This document shows, piece by piece, positions 33,634 through 44,607 of a DNA stretch of 64,000 nt. Each line of letters starts with the position of its first letter. The stretch's first letter is position 1. Below the pieces are notes generated by a model. The model did not search any database. It saw nothing but the letters and a program-made list of their open reading frames with translations, and was not told the origin of the DNA. Source of the DNA: an uncultured Gammaproteobacteria bacterium (lineage in GTDB: Bacteria; Pseudomonadota; Gammaproteobacteria; JACCXJ01); the NCBI GenBank assembly GCA_963764725.1, contig CAVXTM010000001.1, positions 1-64,000 on the forward strand. Direction: 5' to 3'. The position numbers and the translations under genes were made by a program.

Positions 33634-36031
33634 ATGCGTAACCTCGCCGAGCAGCCAACGGATGCTACCCGCGCGCGCCCCCTTAGCGTCAACACATTCA
33701 TCGCAGGCCTCAAACGCAAATACGCTGGCCGGATCACCGGAGAGCTCGTCATCCCCGCCCGCGAAGGTCGGTATGCCGAATTCCCGCCGGATCTGGATTT
33801 AAGACTCGTGTCCGCGCTCCGGAAACGCGGCATCGAACGGCTCTACCGACATCAACGCGAGGCCTGGGACTTAGTTGCGCAAGGAAGGCCGACGGTGATC
33901 GTCACGCCGACGGCTTCCGGGAAGACGCTTTGCTATAACCTGCCGGTACTCCAGGGGGCGCTCCAGGACCAAGCCAAGTCGCTCTACCTATTTCCGACCA
34001 AAGCCCTATCGCAAGATCAAGTCACCGAAATTCTGGAACTCAATCAGGCCGGTGGCTTAGGCGTCCGCGCGTATACCTTCGACGGTGATACGCCAGGCGA
34101 CGCCCGCAAAGCGGTCCGCACTCGGGGCGATATCGTTGTCTCCAATCCCGACATGCTGCACCAGGGGATCTTGCCCCACCACACCAAATGGGCCCAATTC
34201 TTCGAGGCCTTACGCTTTGTCGTCATCGACGAATTGCACACCTACCGCGGTGTCTTCGGTTCGCATATGGCGAATGTCATTCGTCGGCTGCGACGGGTAT
34301 GCCGCTTCTACGGATCCGATCCGATTTTCATCTTGTCGTCTGCCACGATCGCTAATCCCGCCGAGCTCGCCGAAGAGTTGATTGGCTGTCCGATAGCCGC
34401 CGTGACAGACAGCGGCGCACCGCAGGGGCAAAAGCATCTTCTCCTCTGGAATCCGCCGGTCATCAATCCCGACCTCGGTCTGCGTGCCTCGAGTCGCTCG
34501 CAAGTCACTCGTATCGCGAGATCCGCTCTGGTACACGGACTGAAAACCATCGTCTTTGCTAACTCGCGGCTGATGGTCGAAGTGCTGACCAAGTATCTCA
34601 AGGATGTATTTGATCGGGATCCGCGCAAGCCATCGCGGGTGAGGGCTTATCGGGGCGGCTACCTGCCGAGCGAGCGGCGTGCGACCGAGAAGGAGCTGCG
34701 CGCCGGCCGCTTGGACTGTATCATCACGACCAGCGCGCTGGAATTGGGTGTCAACATCGGTGCTCTCGATGTCTGTCTGCTCAATGGCTATCCCGGCACC
34801 ATCGCCGGAACCTGGCAGCGGCTTGGGCGGGCCGGTCGCCGCCAGCGGGCAGCACTCGGCGTCTTGGTCGCAACCAGTGATCCCTTGGATCAATTCCTGG
34901 TCCGCAACCCCGACTTCTTCATGGGCAGCTCCCCCGAGCATGCGCGGATCGCACCCGATCAATTGCTCGATCCTGATGGACCACGTCCGCTGCGCGGCTT
35001 TCGAGTTACCGTTTAGGGACGGCGAGCCGTTCGGTCAAGAACCGCTCGATGAGGTCCTGGCTTATCTCGAAGAACACGGGATCCTGCATCATGAAGCGCC
35101 TCAATGGCACTGGATAGCCGACAGTTATCCTGCCAATAGTGTAGGCCTGCGCTCGGTGGCCGAGGGCAACTTCGTGGTAATCGATACGACCGGCGGCAAG
35201 CAGGAGATCATTGCCGAAGTCGACTACTCCAGCGCACCGATGACGATCTACGAAGGCGCCATTTATCTCATCCAAGCCCAACCCTGGCAAGTCGAACGGC
35301 TCGACTGGGAAGGACGCAAGGCCTTCGTCACCCGTACGCACGCGGACTACTACACCGATGCGATCGACTATACGAAACTGAAAGTCTTGGACGAATTCGA
35401 GCAACAAGAGCGTTCAGGTTCCGCCTGTGCTCGTGGCGAAGTGCATTTAGTTAGGCGCATTGCCGGTTACAAGAAGATCCGCTATTACACGCACGAAAAC
35501 ATCGGCTACGGCAACATCCATTTGCCCGATCAAGAAATGCACACGACCGCTGTTTGGTGGCAAATAAACCCTGCGGCGCTGGAAGCCGCCTTTCCCGCCC
35601 GATGGCAAGCTCTCGATGGATTTCTCGGCGCCGCCTACGCCCTCCACCACGTCGCGGCACTGCTCACGATGTCTGAACGGCGAGATCTAGGACGCTCGGT
35701 CGGCGATAGTCAACACACGTGGTTTGCCGTGACGGGTCCGAACGGACGCGGACGGGCGCAAGCCTTCGATGGCGGGACTATCGATATCGAACAATCAACG
35801 CAAGCCTTCCTTCCTACGGTCTTCCTCTATGACAACTATCCAGGCGGCATAGGGCTATCCACGCCGCTCTATGATCTCCGTGCGACGGTCGTCACCAAAA
35901 CCCATGACTTGATCGCCGCGTGTCCCTGCCTCCTGGGATGCCCAACCTGCATCGGTCCTATTCTAGCGTCCGATGAAACGCATTCACCGAAGGCGGCCGC
36001 CTTGAGTGTGCTGGCGCTATTCCAAAGGTAA
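33634..36031 (+). CDS. DEAH helicase with DUF1998 Zn domain (MrfA/YprA/SftH/Hrq1 family); +1 frameshift near 34968
   Basis: TPTASGKT, DELH, SATIANP, QRLGRAGR, LYDNYPGGIG, C-terminal CPCLLGCPTC. Confidence 0.9.
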
Positions 36032-36066
36032 GTGCTCGTCGGTACTGAGACTAACTACCGCGGCGC

Positions 36067-37278
36067 ATGGATCTGAAAGCACGATTGTCGGCTCTGAAAG
36101 GCCAACGCGGCGCGCCGGCAAGTGCCGAACCTGCCATCCCAGAAACGACTATCAGTGAACGCCTGCGACGCCTCACCGTGCAAGCGACCCACACGAAGCG
36201 CGACTGCACCGATGACCAAGAAGTCGCTGCGCGCTTGCAGGGGCAGGCTCTCGCACCCGGACTGATCCGTATCGAGCAGCGTCGATTACTGGCGCATGTA
36301 CCCGGTTGGGAGAGAGTCTCGGCAACGGCGTTTACGCGCTTCTCCCTACTTACCAGCGGTGACGCCATTGAGCCCAACGAGCTCTTGTTTCTCGACACCG
36401 AAACCACAGGCCTCGCGGGAGGCACGGGGACGCTACCGTTCTTATTAGGGCTCGCGCGCATCGATGGCGATGAGCTGCACGTATGTCAATGGTTCCTCAC
36501 GGGCTTTCGGGGCGAAGCCACTTTACTGGAAGATGCATGTAGCTGGTATGGCCAGGCACGGCATTTGGTGAGTTTCAACGGTAAGGCCTTCGATGTACCA
36601 CTTCTCACAACGCGTTACCGCCTAGCGCACCTCGCGGAACCCCTTTCGGTAATAAAACACCTGGATCTCTTGCATCCCACGCGCCGCGCCTTCGGAAGCC
36701 GTTGGCCCGATTGCCGTCTGCAGACCGCCGAACGCGAATTGCTCGCCTTTGAACGAGAAGATGATTTGCCGGGCCACCTTGTGCCCGAGGCATGGGCCGC
36801 GTTTGTACGCTCGGGCGCGTTCACCGAGGTGCCGCGCATCCTCCATCACAACTTGCTGGATTTGATAACGCTGACGGGCTTACTCTCCACGTTGGTCCGC
36901 GTCTATGCCGAACCCGGATATGGGGAGTCCGATACACACGCCATTGCGCGCGGTTTCCGCAAACGAGGTCACGAAGCGATTGCTTATCAGTACTTATGCG
37001 GCCGAGCCGACGAACTTGATGCGGCGGGGCTCATGGAGCTGGCCGATTTGCATCGGCAACGCCGGCTTTGGCGGGAAGCCGTGCAGATCTGGACGCGACT
37101 TGCTTATGAGGATCATGCCCTAGCGATGGAACGCTTAGCGAAGTACTATGAACACGTGCGCCGGGATCCTCGGACGGCCTTGCTATGGAGCAGCCGACTG
37201 TTGCAGGTACAAGCGGAGGATCGGCAACACCATGGCCGTCAAGCACGCTTGCTTGAGCGGATAAACGCAAGCAGCTAG
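36067..37278 (+). CDS. DEDD/RNase H-like exonuclease with TPR-like C-terminus (MrfB/YprB family)
   Basis: FLDTETTGLAGGTG, SFNGKAFDVP, HLDLLH, HNLLD, LAKYYEH. Confidence 0.88.
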   Translation: MDLKARLSALKGQRGAPASAEPAIPETTISERLRRLTVQATHTKRDCTDDQEVAARLQGQALAPGLIRIEQRRLLAHVPGWERVSATAFTRFSLLTSGDAIEPNELLFLDTETTGLAGGTGTLPFLLGLARIDGDELHVCQWFLTGFRGEATLLEDACSWYGQARHLVSFNGKAFDVPLLTTRYRLAHLAEPLSVIKHLDLLHPTRRAFGSRWPDCRLQTAERELLAFEREDDLPGHLVPEAWAAFVRSGAFTEVPRILHHNLLDLITLTGLLSTLVRVYAEPGYGESDTHAIARGFRKRGHEAIAYQYLCGRADELDAAGLMELADLHRQRRLWREAVQIWTRLAYEDHALAMERLAKYYEHVRRDPRTALLWSSRLLQVQAEDRQHHGRQARLLERINASS

Positions 37279-37325
37279 TCTATTGATCTCCGCGCTACTT
37301 CCCCCCTCACCCCATCGGCGGTTTG

Positions 37326-37731
37326 ATGCAGCGACGAGTCGCCCATCTGGACATGGATGCCTTTTATGCATCGGTGGAGCTCTTGCGGTATCCACAATTG
37401 AGAGGCTTGCCAGTGGTGATTGGCGGTCGGCATCACGGGCACCTCCGGACGGGGGACACCTTTCCTCGCCTTCGTGATTATGTTGGGCGAGGTGTCGTCA
37501 CCACCGCGACCTATGAGGCGCGGGCATTCGGCGTCCACTCAGGCACGGGCATCATGAAAGCCGCGAGGCTCGCGCCTGATGCGATCTTGCTACCGGCGGA
37601 CTTCGAACAATATCGGCATTACTCTCGCTTGTTCAAAGCGGCCGTCGCCGAAATCGCACCGGAAATTGAAGACCGTGGCATCGACGAGATTTATATCGAT
37701 CTGACCAAGCTTCCCGGTGACACCGTGGAAC
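37326..37731 (+). pseudogene. dinB: DNA polymerase IV, 5' part only, fused to a rimI-like 3' tail
   Basis: HLDMDAFYASVE, ATYEARAFGV, GIDEIYID; sequence switches at 37732 to a 53/56 copy of 55762-55817. Confidence 0.88.
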
Positions 37732-37856
37732 TCAGGGCATTGAGGCCGCGATCCGCATGGCGCGTGATCTGAGTGCCGGTTAGCCTCTAACGAAGACCGG
37801 CGGTCCGTCCTTCCACCCAGTCGTCAGGGGGCGGCGCCCTGCGCTAAACTCATGGC

Positions 37857-38861
37857 ATGCGCAAGCTGATGGCCATCGCGGTGCTGTTGCTCTTGATAGG
37901 GGGCGCGGCCTATCTCTACTACGTGCGTGGGGTTGGCGTCTCGGCCCAGATCCCGCGGCCTGCGACTATCGAACGGGCAGGGCGGGTGCGCACCTACACC
38001 TGGGGTGTAAGCACGGCCATGCCGACACCCCGCACCGAGGTCGCCGCGGCGGTGCTCGCGGGCAAGATCTATGTGATCGGAGGATTCGATGGCCTCGGCC
38101 AGACGGTCGCGACAGTCGAGGTCTACGATCCTGCCAGCGGGCTTTGGGCAGCTGGCCCCGACCTGCCGGCGCCCCGCCACCACATAGCGGCCGTCACAGC
38201 TGGGGACGCTCTCTACGCGCTGGGCGGCTACACCGGTTCGAGCTTCGAACCCCATGCCGAGGTCTACGCGCTGGTTGCACGGACTACGTCTTGGAGGCCA
38301 GTGGCCCCGCTGCCGGCGGCGCGAGGGGCCATGGCCGCGGCCGCGCTCGGCGGCAAACTCTATCTCGTCGGCGGCGTAGGGCCCGAGGGGCTCGCGAATG
38401 AGCTTTACGTCTACGACACCGTAGCGGACCACTGGGAGGAACGGCGGCCGGCGCCGACCCGCCGGGACCACCTGGCGGCCGCCGCACTGCACGGCCGGCT
38501 CTACCTCGGCGGGGGGCGCGAGCAGAGCTTGTCGAAGAACCTGCCCACGCTCGAAGTCTACGATCCGACGGCTGACACCTGGAACGTGGGAGCGAACATG
38601 CCTACTCCTCGCGGCGGGGTGGCGGGGGCGGCCTTCGACGGGCTTTTCGTCGTAGTGGGTGGAGAGCGTCCGAGCGCGACCCACGCGGAGGTCGAAGCCT
38701 TTGATCCAGAGAGCGGCCGCTGGCTGAGCCTGCCCCCCTTACCGACGGCCCGGCATGGCCTCGCCGCGGCGGTCGTGGGTAACGTCCTCTACGTGATCGG
38801 CGGCGGCACGCACCCCGGGCTATCGGTCTCGGGGCGCGTGGAGGCCTTGGAGGTGCACTGA
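37857..38861 (+). CDS. Membrane-anchored or secreted Kelch-repeat beta-propeller protein
   Basis: Six repeats of P..R....A.....YVIGG....VEVYDP...W. Confidence 0.9.
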   Translation: MRKLMAIAVLLLLIGGAAYLYYVRGVGVSAQIPRPATIERAGRVRTYTWGVSTAMPTPRTEVAAAVLAGKIYVIGGFDGLGQTVATVEVYDPASGLWAAGPDLPAPRHHIAAVTAGDALYALGGYTGSSFEPHAEVYALVARTTSWRPVAPLPAARGAMAAAALGGKLYLVGGVGPEGLANELYVYDTVADHWEERRPAPTRRDHLAAAALHGRLYLGGGREQSLSKNLPTLEVYDPTADTWNVGANMPTPRGGVAGAAFDGLFVVVGGERPSATHAEVEAFDPESGRWLSLPPLPTARHGLAAAVVGNVLYVIGGGTHPGLSVSGRVEALEVH

Positions 38862-38883
38862 GCCGAGCAGTCACGGTCCCGAT

Positions 38884-39738
38884 ATGGAACCGCTGATCCC
38901 CCTTCTCCTCATGGGCGCACTGTTGGCCACCTTCCTGCTCGGCCCGCCGATGCTCAAGGCTCGGCGCCGCCAGCGCCTGCAACGGACCCCTTTTCCCCCG
39001 GAGTGGGAGAGAATCCTGTTCGAACGTCTGCGCTTCTACCCGCGGATGCCTGAGCTCTTAAGACAAGAACTGCGGCGACATATCGCGGTCTTCCTCGCCG
39101 AGAAGCACTTCTACGGCTGTGGTGGATTGGAGATCAGTGATGCGATACGGGTGCTCATCGCTGCGCAGGCCTGTCTTCTCATACTGAACCGCAAGACCGA
39201 TAACTATAGAAAGCTCCAATCGATCCTGGTCTACCCTTCGGCCTTCATCGTCAACCGCGAACTGGTAGACGCGGCGGGGGTCTGTACGACTCGTCGTGAG
39301 CCTCGTATCGGGGAGTCCTGGGAGGTGGGCCGGGTGATCATCGCCTGGGACGAGGTGGAGGGTGATGCAGGGGATCGCTTTGAGGGTGAGAACGTCGTCC
39401 TCCATGAGTTCGCCCACCAACTGGACCAGGAGGACGGGATCGCAGACGGGACGCCGGTGCTCGACAGCGTAGCCCGTTACCGGATGTGGGCGGAAGTGCT
39501 GGGCAGTGAGTTCCGGACCCTGCGCGACAAGGCGTCGCGCGGGGAGGCGACGGTCATGGCCCACTACGGCGCCGAGGACGCCGGCGAGTTCTTCGCCGTG
39601 GCCACAGAGTCCTTCTTCGAACAGCCGGAACGCCTGTCTAGAGAGCACCCTGCGCTCTACGCGGCGCTGCGGGACTACTACCTGGTGGATCCTGCCGCAT
39701 GGCATACGATGGTAGGTGCGGGACCGACCGCTCAATAA
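38884..39738 (+). CDS. MtfA/M90-family zinc peptidase
   Basis: IAAQAC, LVYP, NVVLHEFAHQLD, EFFAVATESFFE.P. Confidence 0.88.
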   Translation: MEPLIPLLLMGALLATFLLGPPMLKARRRQRLQRTPFPPEWERILFERLRFYPRMPELLRQELRRHIAVFLAEKHFYGCGGLEISDAIRVLIAAQACLLILNRKTDNYRKLQSILVYPSAFIVNRELVDAAGVCTTRREPRIGESWEVGRVIIAWDEVEGDAGDRFEGENVVLHEFAHQLDQEDGIADGTPVLDSVARYRMWAEVLGSEFRTLRDKASRGEATVMAHYGAEDAGEFFAVATESFFEQPERLSREHPALYAALRDYYLVDPAAWHTMVGAGPTAQ

Positions 39739-39821
39739 CAAAGGAGCGACCCGCGACCTTCACGTGCGACCCAGGCAGTCCGACGTCCTACTGTGACGGC
39801 GGTGTGCATCCAGTGACAACG

Positions 39822-40115
39822 ATGAAGCTACTAATCAACGTTGACGTCGACGACCTTGATAAGGCTGTAGAGTTCTATGCCAGTGCCATCGGGCTTCACC
39901 CTGGGCGTCGTCCTTTCGGAGATACCGTCGCCACTGGACGCCCGTGCACCCTGATTTCGTCGTTGACGATGTCTGGGCCGCGGTCCAACGTGCGTTGAAT
40001 GCGGGGGGCCAAGCTCGAAGGCGAGGTCCAATGCGACCCTTGGGGCTATCTAGGCACAATCAGCGACCGATTAGGCAGCGGTTACGATGAGGTCGAGTCG
40101 ACGGCGGCCTCCTAG
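39822..40115 (+). pseudogene. Degenerate VOC/glyoxalase-family gene
   Basis: LLINVDVDDLDKAVEFY, then shifted PVHPDFVVDDV..AV.RAL.AG.KLE. Confidence 0.6.
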
Positions 40116-40127
40116 ACAGGGCGTTAT

Positions 40128-40208
40128 ATGAAGAAGACATACCCCGGAAGCTGCCACTGCGGCGCGGTCCGCTTTGAGGCGGACATTGACCTGAGCGCAG
40201 GTACATAG
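40128..40208 (+). pseudogene. N-terminal fragment of GFA (CENP-V) family protein
   Basis: [26 protein letters not shown] then stop. Confidence 0.7.
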
Positions 40209-40804
40209 TATGAAGAGCCGTTAAGTCACATTGCTGATCACATAACCAGTACTCAGCCAGCAGCAGACATCTAGTATGGCGGTATTCAATAATCAGGACC
40301 GCGGCATCTCCCTCGATGTTTTTGGGCTGCTTTTGCTTTAAGCTTATGGTCCTGGGAAGACATTATCGAGGAAGAGCAGCTCTTCTGGCAGTTTCACGCC
40401 AAGAGCGCGGCCCAACCCCAAACACCCAATTACCCGCTGAGGCCGAGTGAGCGGTCGCTGCTGAGCATAGGGTTAAATCGGATGTTCCTCTGCTTGTCAG
40501 CCGTGCGGCGATCTGCGCTGCGCGATTGCGCGCCAGTCGTGAGCGCGCAGCAGCGAATCAGGGAACTGGCCAGGTTCACGCGCCAGTCCGCGGAGGAGAG
40601 CGAGTGCTATCATTCGCCCTCCGATCTTGATGTCTATCGGGCCTGACTTCGCGCTCACGTACCCTACGCACGCCGGTGGGAGCTGCTTCAATCCCGAAAG
40701 GGGCCATACGCGCTCCTACAAGGGCAATTCATCATCTTGCCGCCTATTATTTTGTCTGATGGCGTCGATGAGACTCCTGTGTTGCGATGCGCTAGCATCT
40801 CCCT

Positions 40805-41243
40805 ATGACTGCCGAACTCGTCTGCTGGAAATGCGGTGCCGCGCTCGACGAAATACCACTGCCCTTGTCGCGTTAGGCACAGTGCCCGGCCTGCCACGCC
40901 GAACTTCACGCCTGCCGCATGTGCCGGTTTTTCGAACCCCAGTAGGCGGGGCTGTCGCGAACGGCGCGCGGAAGAGATCATGGAGCGCGACCGCGCCAAC
41001 TTCTGTGAGTGGCTGCAACCGCAACCCGGCGTCTGGCAAGCCGGAGCATCGACGGTCGAGGACGCGCGGGCGAAGCTCGACACGCTATTTGGTGAAAAGA
41101 AGGATGAGGAGCGTGTCGAACCGGCGCTGCCAGAGTCATCGAAAGCCGACCGCGCACGCGCGGAGCTTGAAGAACTGTTCGGCCGCCCCAAGAAATCGTA
41201 CCAGCCCGCCCTGAAGGTGATACGGATATCCGCAAGTCAGTAA
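40805..41243 (+). pseudogene. Cys-rich (Zn-ribbon) conserved hypothetical gene with in-frame stop and frameshift
   Basis: MTAELVCWKCG...LSR*AQCPACHAELHACRMCRFF then shifted C.E.RAE....RANFCEW. Confidence 0.6.
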
Positions 41244-41289
41244 CCTGCACAGGCGGGAACAAGTTCGGTGAACACCTTAGGCATCAATC

Positions 41290-41640
41290 TCTCGCTGTCG
41301 TCGGTTCGCGAGGATACCTGGAAGAGATCAAGACCGTTCCCTTCGTTCCGCAGTCGCATCCTTTCGTGGAACGCGTGATCGGTACGCTATGGCGCGCGTA
41401 TCTCGATCATCTTTTCTTCTGGAATGGACAGATCTTGAACGGAAGCTCCTTGCGTACCGAGACTACTATAACCAGCACCGTTGCCATGCCGGCTTAAGCG
41501 GAGAAACGCCGAACCGCTACGGGACGGAACATACGGCTCCATGTGCAACGATTGAGTCCTATGAGTGGCTCAGCCATTGCCATGGAATGTTTCATCTGCC
41601 TGTTGCTGCATAAGAGCTGGAATTCGCAACAAACACGCTT
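41290..41640 (+). pseudogene. Integrase-core (rve) transposase 3' remnant
   Basis: EIKTVPFVPQSHPFVERVIGT, RKLLAYRDYYNQHR.H..L.G.TP. Confidence 0.65.
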
Positions 41641-41686
41641 GTCGAGAAATCGTTTGCGTTCTTGCTAGCCCGCGAGCCCAATACTA

Positions 41687-42941
41687 GTATAACGATTCTA
41701 TAAAACATTTACTTTTATGAGTAGCGGTGTCATCCTGGCTTCCCAGGCTTATCCATGGTCTGGGAGGGTGATGATGGCGGGAAAGACAAGGCGGGCGGCG
41801 CTGGAGGTTTCGGCAGATGAACGCAAGAGGTTGGAGCGTTTGCGGGATTCGCGCAAGGCGCCGAAGCGGGAAGTCGAACGCGCGGCGATCCTGCTGCGCT
41901 ACGCCGTGGGTGAGGGTCCGGCGGCGATCCAACAGGCGTTGGGGGTGAGCCGGCCGACTATTTACAAATGCATCGACAAGGCGCTGGCGGCCGGGGTGGA
42001 CGCTGGACTGAAAGATCACTACCACCGCCCCAAGGAGCCGCTGATTACACAGCAGGCGAAGGCGTGGGTGTTGAATATAGCGTGCACGAAGCCCACCGAT
42101 CATGGCTTGGCGGCGGAGTTGTGGACGCTCTCCGCGCTCGCCCGCTATACCCGCGAGCACGCCCCTGTCGCGGGGCATGGGAGCCTGGCGCAGGCGGGCA
42201 AGGCCACGATCTGGCGCATCCTGCACGCTGCTGAGATCAAACCCCATAAGGTGGAGTACTACCTGGAGCGCCGCGATGCGCAGTTTGAAGAGAAAATGTG
42301 CGAGGTGTTGATGGTCTACCAGGAAGTCGCCCTTGCCAATGCCGCGCAGGCCTTGGGCGAGGACGCCGGTTCGGTCATTACCGTCAGCGTGGACGAGAAA
42401 CCGGGCGTTCAGGCGATCGAGACTACCGCGCCCGATTTGCCGCCGGTGCCAGGGCAGCACGGCACCTGGAGTCGGGACCACGAGTACCAGCGCCATGGAA
42501 CCCTGTCCATTCTCGCGGCCGTTGACTTGCACACCGGCGAAGTCATCGCACAAGTTCATCCGCGCCACCGTAGCCGCGAGTTCATCCTGCTGCTCAAGGA
42601 ACTCGATGAGCACTACCCGAAGGCGTGCACCATTCGCGTGATCCTGGACAACCATTCAGCGCATATCTCCAAGGAAACCATGGCCTACCTCGCTTCTCGG
42701 CCCAACCGGTTCATCTACGTCCATACGCCTAAGCATGGCTCTTGGCTGAACCTGATCGAAACCGTGTTCGGAAAAATGGCCCGTACGTTCCTCAAGGCTA
42801 TACGCGTCAAGTCTCGCGAGGAACTTAAGAAGCGCATCTTGCAAGGTGTGCATGAGATGAATCTCGCCCCAGTCGTTGTGCGCTGGACGAAGTTCGATCT
42901 GGGGCTGGCATAACAGTAAGCTAATTGATGAATCGTTATAC
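41687..42941 (+). mobile_element. Complete IS630-family element
   Basis: Inverted repeats GTATAACGATTC / GAATCGTTATAC, TA duplication (41685-41686, 42942-42943), palindromic target ATAC-TA-GTAT. Confidence 0.92.
41771..42913 (+). CDS. IS630 transposase
   Basis: HTH N-terminus; DDE: SVDEKPG, ILDNHSAH, SWLNLIE. Confidence 0.93.
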   Translation: MMAGKTRRAALEVSADERKRLERLRDSRKAPKREVERAAILLRYAVGEGPAAIQQALGVSRPTIYKCIDKALAAGVDAGLKDHYHRPKEPLITQQAKAWVLNIACTKPTDHGLAAELWTLSALARYTREHAPVAGHGSLAQAGKATIWRILHAAEIKPHKVEYYLERRDAQFEEKMCEVLMVYQEVALANAAQALGEDAGSVITVSVDEKPGVQAIETTAPDLPPVPGQHGTWSRDHEYQRHGTLSILAAVDLHTGEVIAQVHPRHRSREFILLLKELDEHYPKACTIRVILDNHSAHISKETMAYLASRPNRFIYVHTPKHGSWLNLIETVFGKMARTFLKAIRVKSREELKKRILQGVHEMNLAPVVVRWTKFDLGLA

Positions 42942-43424
42942 TAGTATCCTGCGGAGCTTCGAACTGCCCGTCATCTGTCGGTACTTTCCGGAGTACGAAA
43001 CGACGATTAAAAAAATGCTCGGCTAGCTTGGTCGCCACCGAGCATCACCAACGCCATTAATAGCGATTATAGCTTTTTGTGTCCATGCCGCTTTTCTCCT
43101 CAACACTCATCTCAACGTTTTTCATAGGTTACCGTTACTGTCCATTGATTCTGCGCTCTGGTTGAACTGCCTGTGAAAGATCCGTTGAAGTAGGTGACTT
43201 GGCGGTCTTTCTGAATAAACGCCAACTCAACCAGACATCATTTCAAAATTGCGTTGGCCATGCTATAAGCGCGTAACGTGCCGTGCGGTTAATCCCCTAA
43301 TAGCTTGTTCCGTAAGCCTTGCTGCCACTCTCCACGCGTGGCGCCGATTTCGCCTATTACAGGATTCATAAAACGGCCAGCCCAGACGAGGCTACCCCTA
43401 GGTGCGAAGGCCAAAACGAGTACG

Positions 43425-43700
43425 TGACCTAGACGCCGACGTCGGGGGGCCTGCCCTCATGTCACGCCCCGTATGCAGCAACTGCTCCTTTGGTGAGGAC
43501 CTCGTCGCCTCGCCTCTAGTAATGCCACCCGAAGATCCGCGTCATTACGATGGCGTCTGTCGGGCATGCCTCCTCGCAGAAGCCACAGTAAACGCGCTTG
43601 AACAAGTCGATGTCGTATTGTGTCGTGCGCCGAGTGGCGTCTACCCGCTCCTGGGACTCCATCGTAATGGCCACTGCGGGACACAGTCACGCTGGGTTCG
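43425..43700 (-). pseudogene. nuoI: NuoI-like 2x[4Fe-4S] protein remnant (copy 1)
   Basis: [13 protein letters not shown]...[24 protein letters not shown], internal stop. Confidence 0.7.
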
Positions 43701-44012
43701 TTCCTCAACCCAACTATGCGGGCTCAAAGTATAGTGCTGCCCCTTCGTCCTGTACTAGAGAAATAGATAGCATAAGTGGGCCCAATGTGCTACATTGCCA
43801 ATGCCCAACGTGTTTTCTAGCTAGGGCATTTGGTGACTTCCCTCCCGAATGCAGCGCGCTTCTATCCACCGCTTCCTTCCTGAAGTTCTCGCCCAATACC
43901 CAGCGCTCCAACTGGAGCCAAACATGGATGGTAATCCCTCTGACTAGATGATAGTCGGAGGAACTTTCGAGAATACTGCGTCCGCTATTGAGGCGGGCAT
44001 GGAGCTATAGAA

Positions 44013-44306
44013 ATGTCCACGAATATCTATGTTGGAAATCTCTCTCCCCGTACTACCCAAGATGAGGTTCGTAATCTGTTTACACCGTATGGCGAAGTTG
44101 ACTCAGTCAACCTCATCACGGACCGATACTCCGGTGATTCCCGCGGTTTTGGCTTCGTCATAATGACCGACACGGGCGCTACGCAGGCTATCGCCGGTCT
44201 CGATAGGAAGTCTGTGGATGGCCAAAACATAAAAGTTAACGAGGCGAGATCACGCCAACAACGAGTCACGCAGGGCGCAAGCGCCGAGGCGGGGAGCCCA
44301 CGATAG
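44013..44306 (+). CDS. Single-RRM RNA-binding protein
   Basis: RNP2 IYVGNL, RNP1 RGFGFV, KVNEAR. Confidence 0.92.
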   Translation: MSTNIYVGNLSPRTTQDEVRNLFTPYGEVDSVNLITDRYSGDSRGFGFVIMTDTGATQAIAGLDRKSVDGQNIKVNEARSRQQRVTQGASAEAGSPR

Positions 44307-44312
44307 CCGCGT

Positions 44313-44460
44313 TGTCAACGATGATTGAAAATTGACCCACTTTTTAGAAAACGGCGATCTAATTTTGATCCACTAGATTGTGGGGTTATTGGGAGTGTAT
44401 GTAAAACACCGGCGTTGCGTTTATCTTTTAGTCGATAGCTCTCTCCTTGGATGTGTGCGA
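44313..44460 (-). mobile_element. IS21-family right end (IstB C-terminus plus terminal repeat)
   Basis: IQGESYRLKDKR on minus strand; TGTCAACG...AAAATTGACCCA terminus with a second internal copy. Confidence 0.7.
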
Positions 44461-44607
44461 GAGGGGCTTGGACCGCCGCGGACCTCAGATAGGTTGCAAC
44501 GGTCTCCATCAGGTGACCCGCCTGCTCATGCCGCTTTCCCAGGAAACCGCGTAGTCGCCAATAGAGTTCCTCCCGTTATCGTCGGCTTCATGCCACAAGG
44601 ACTCTAA

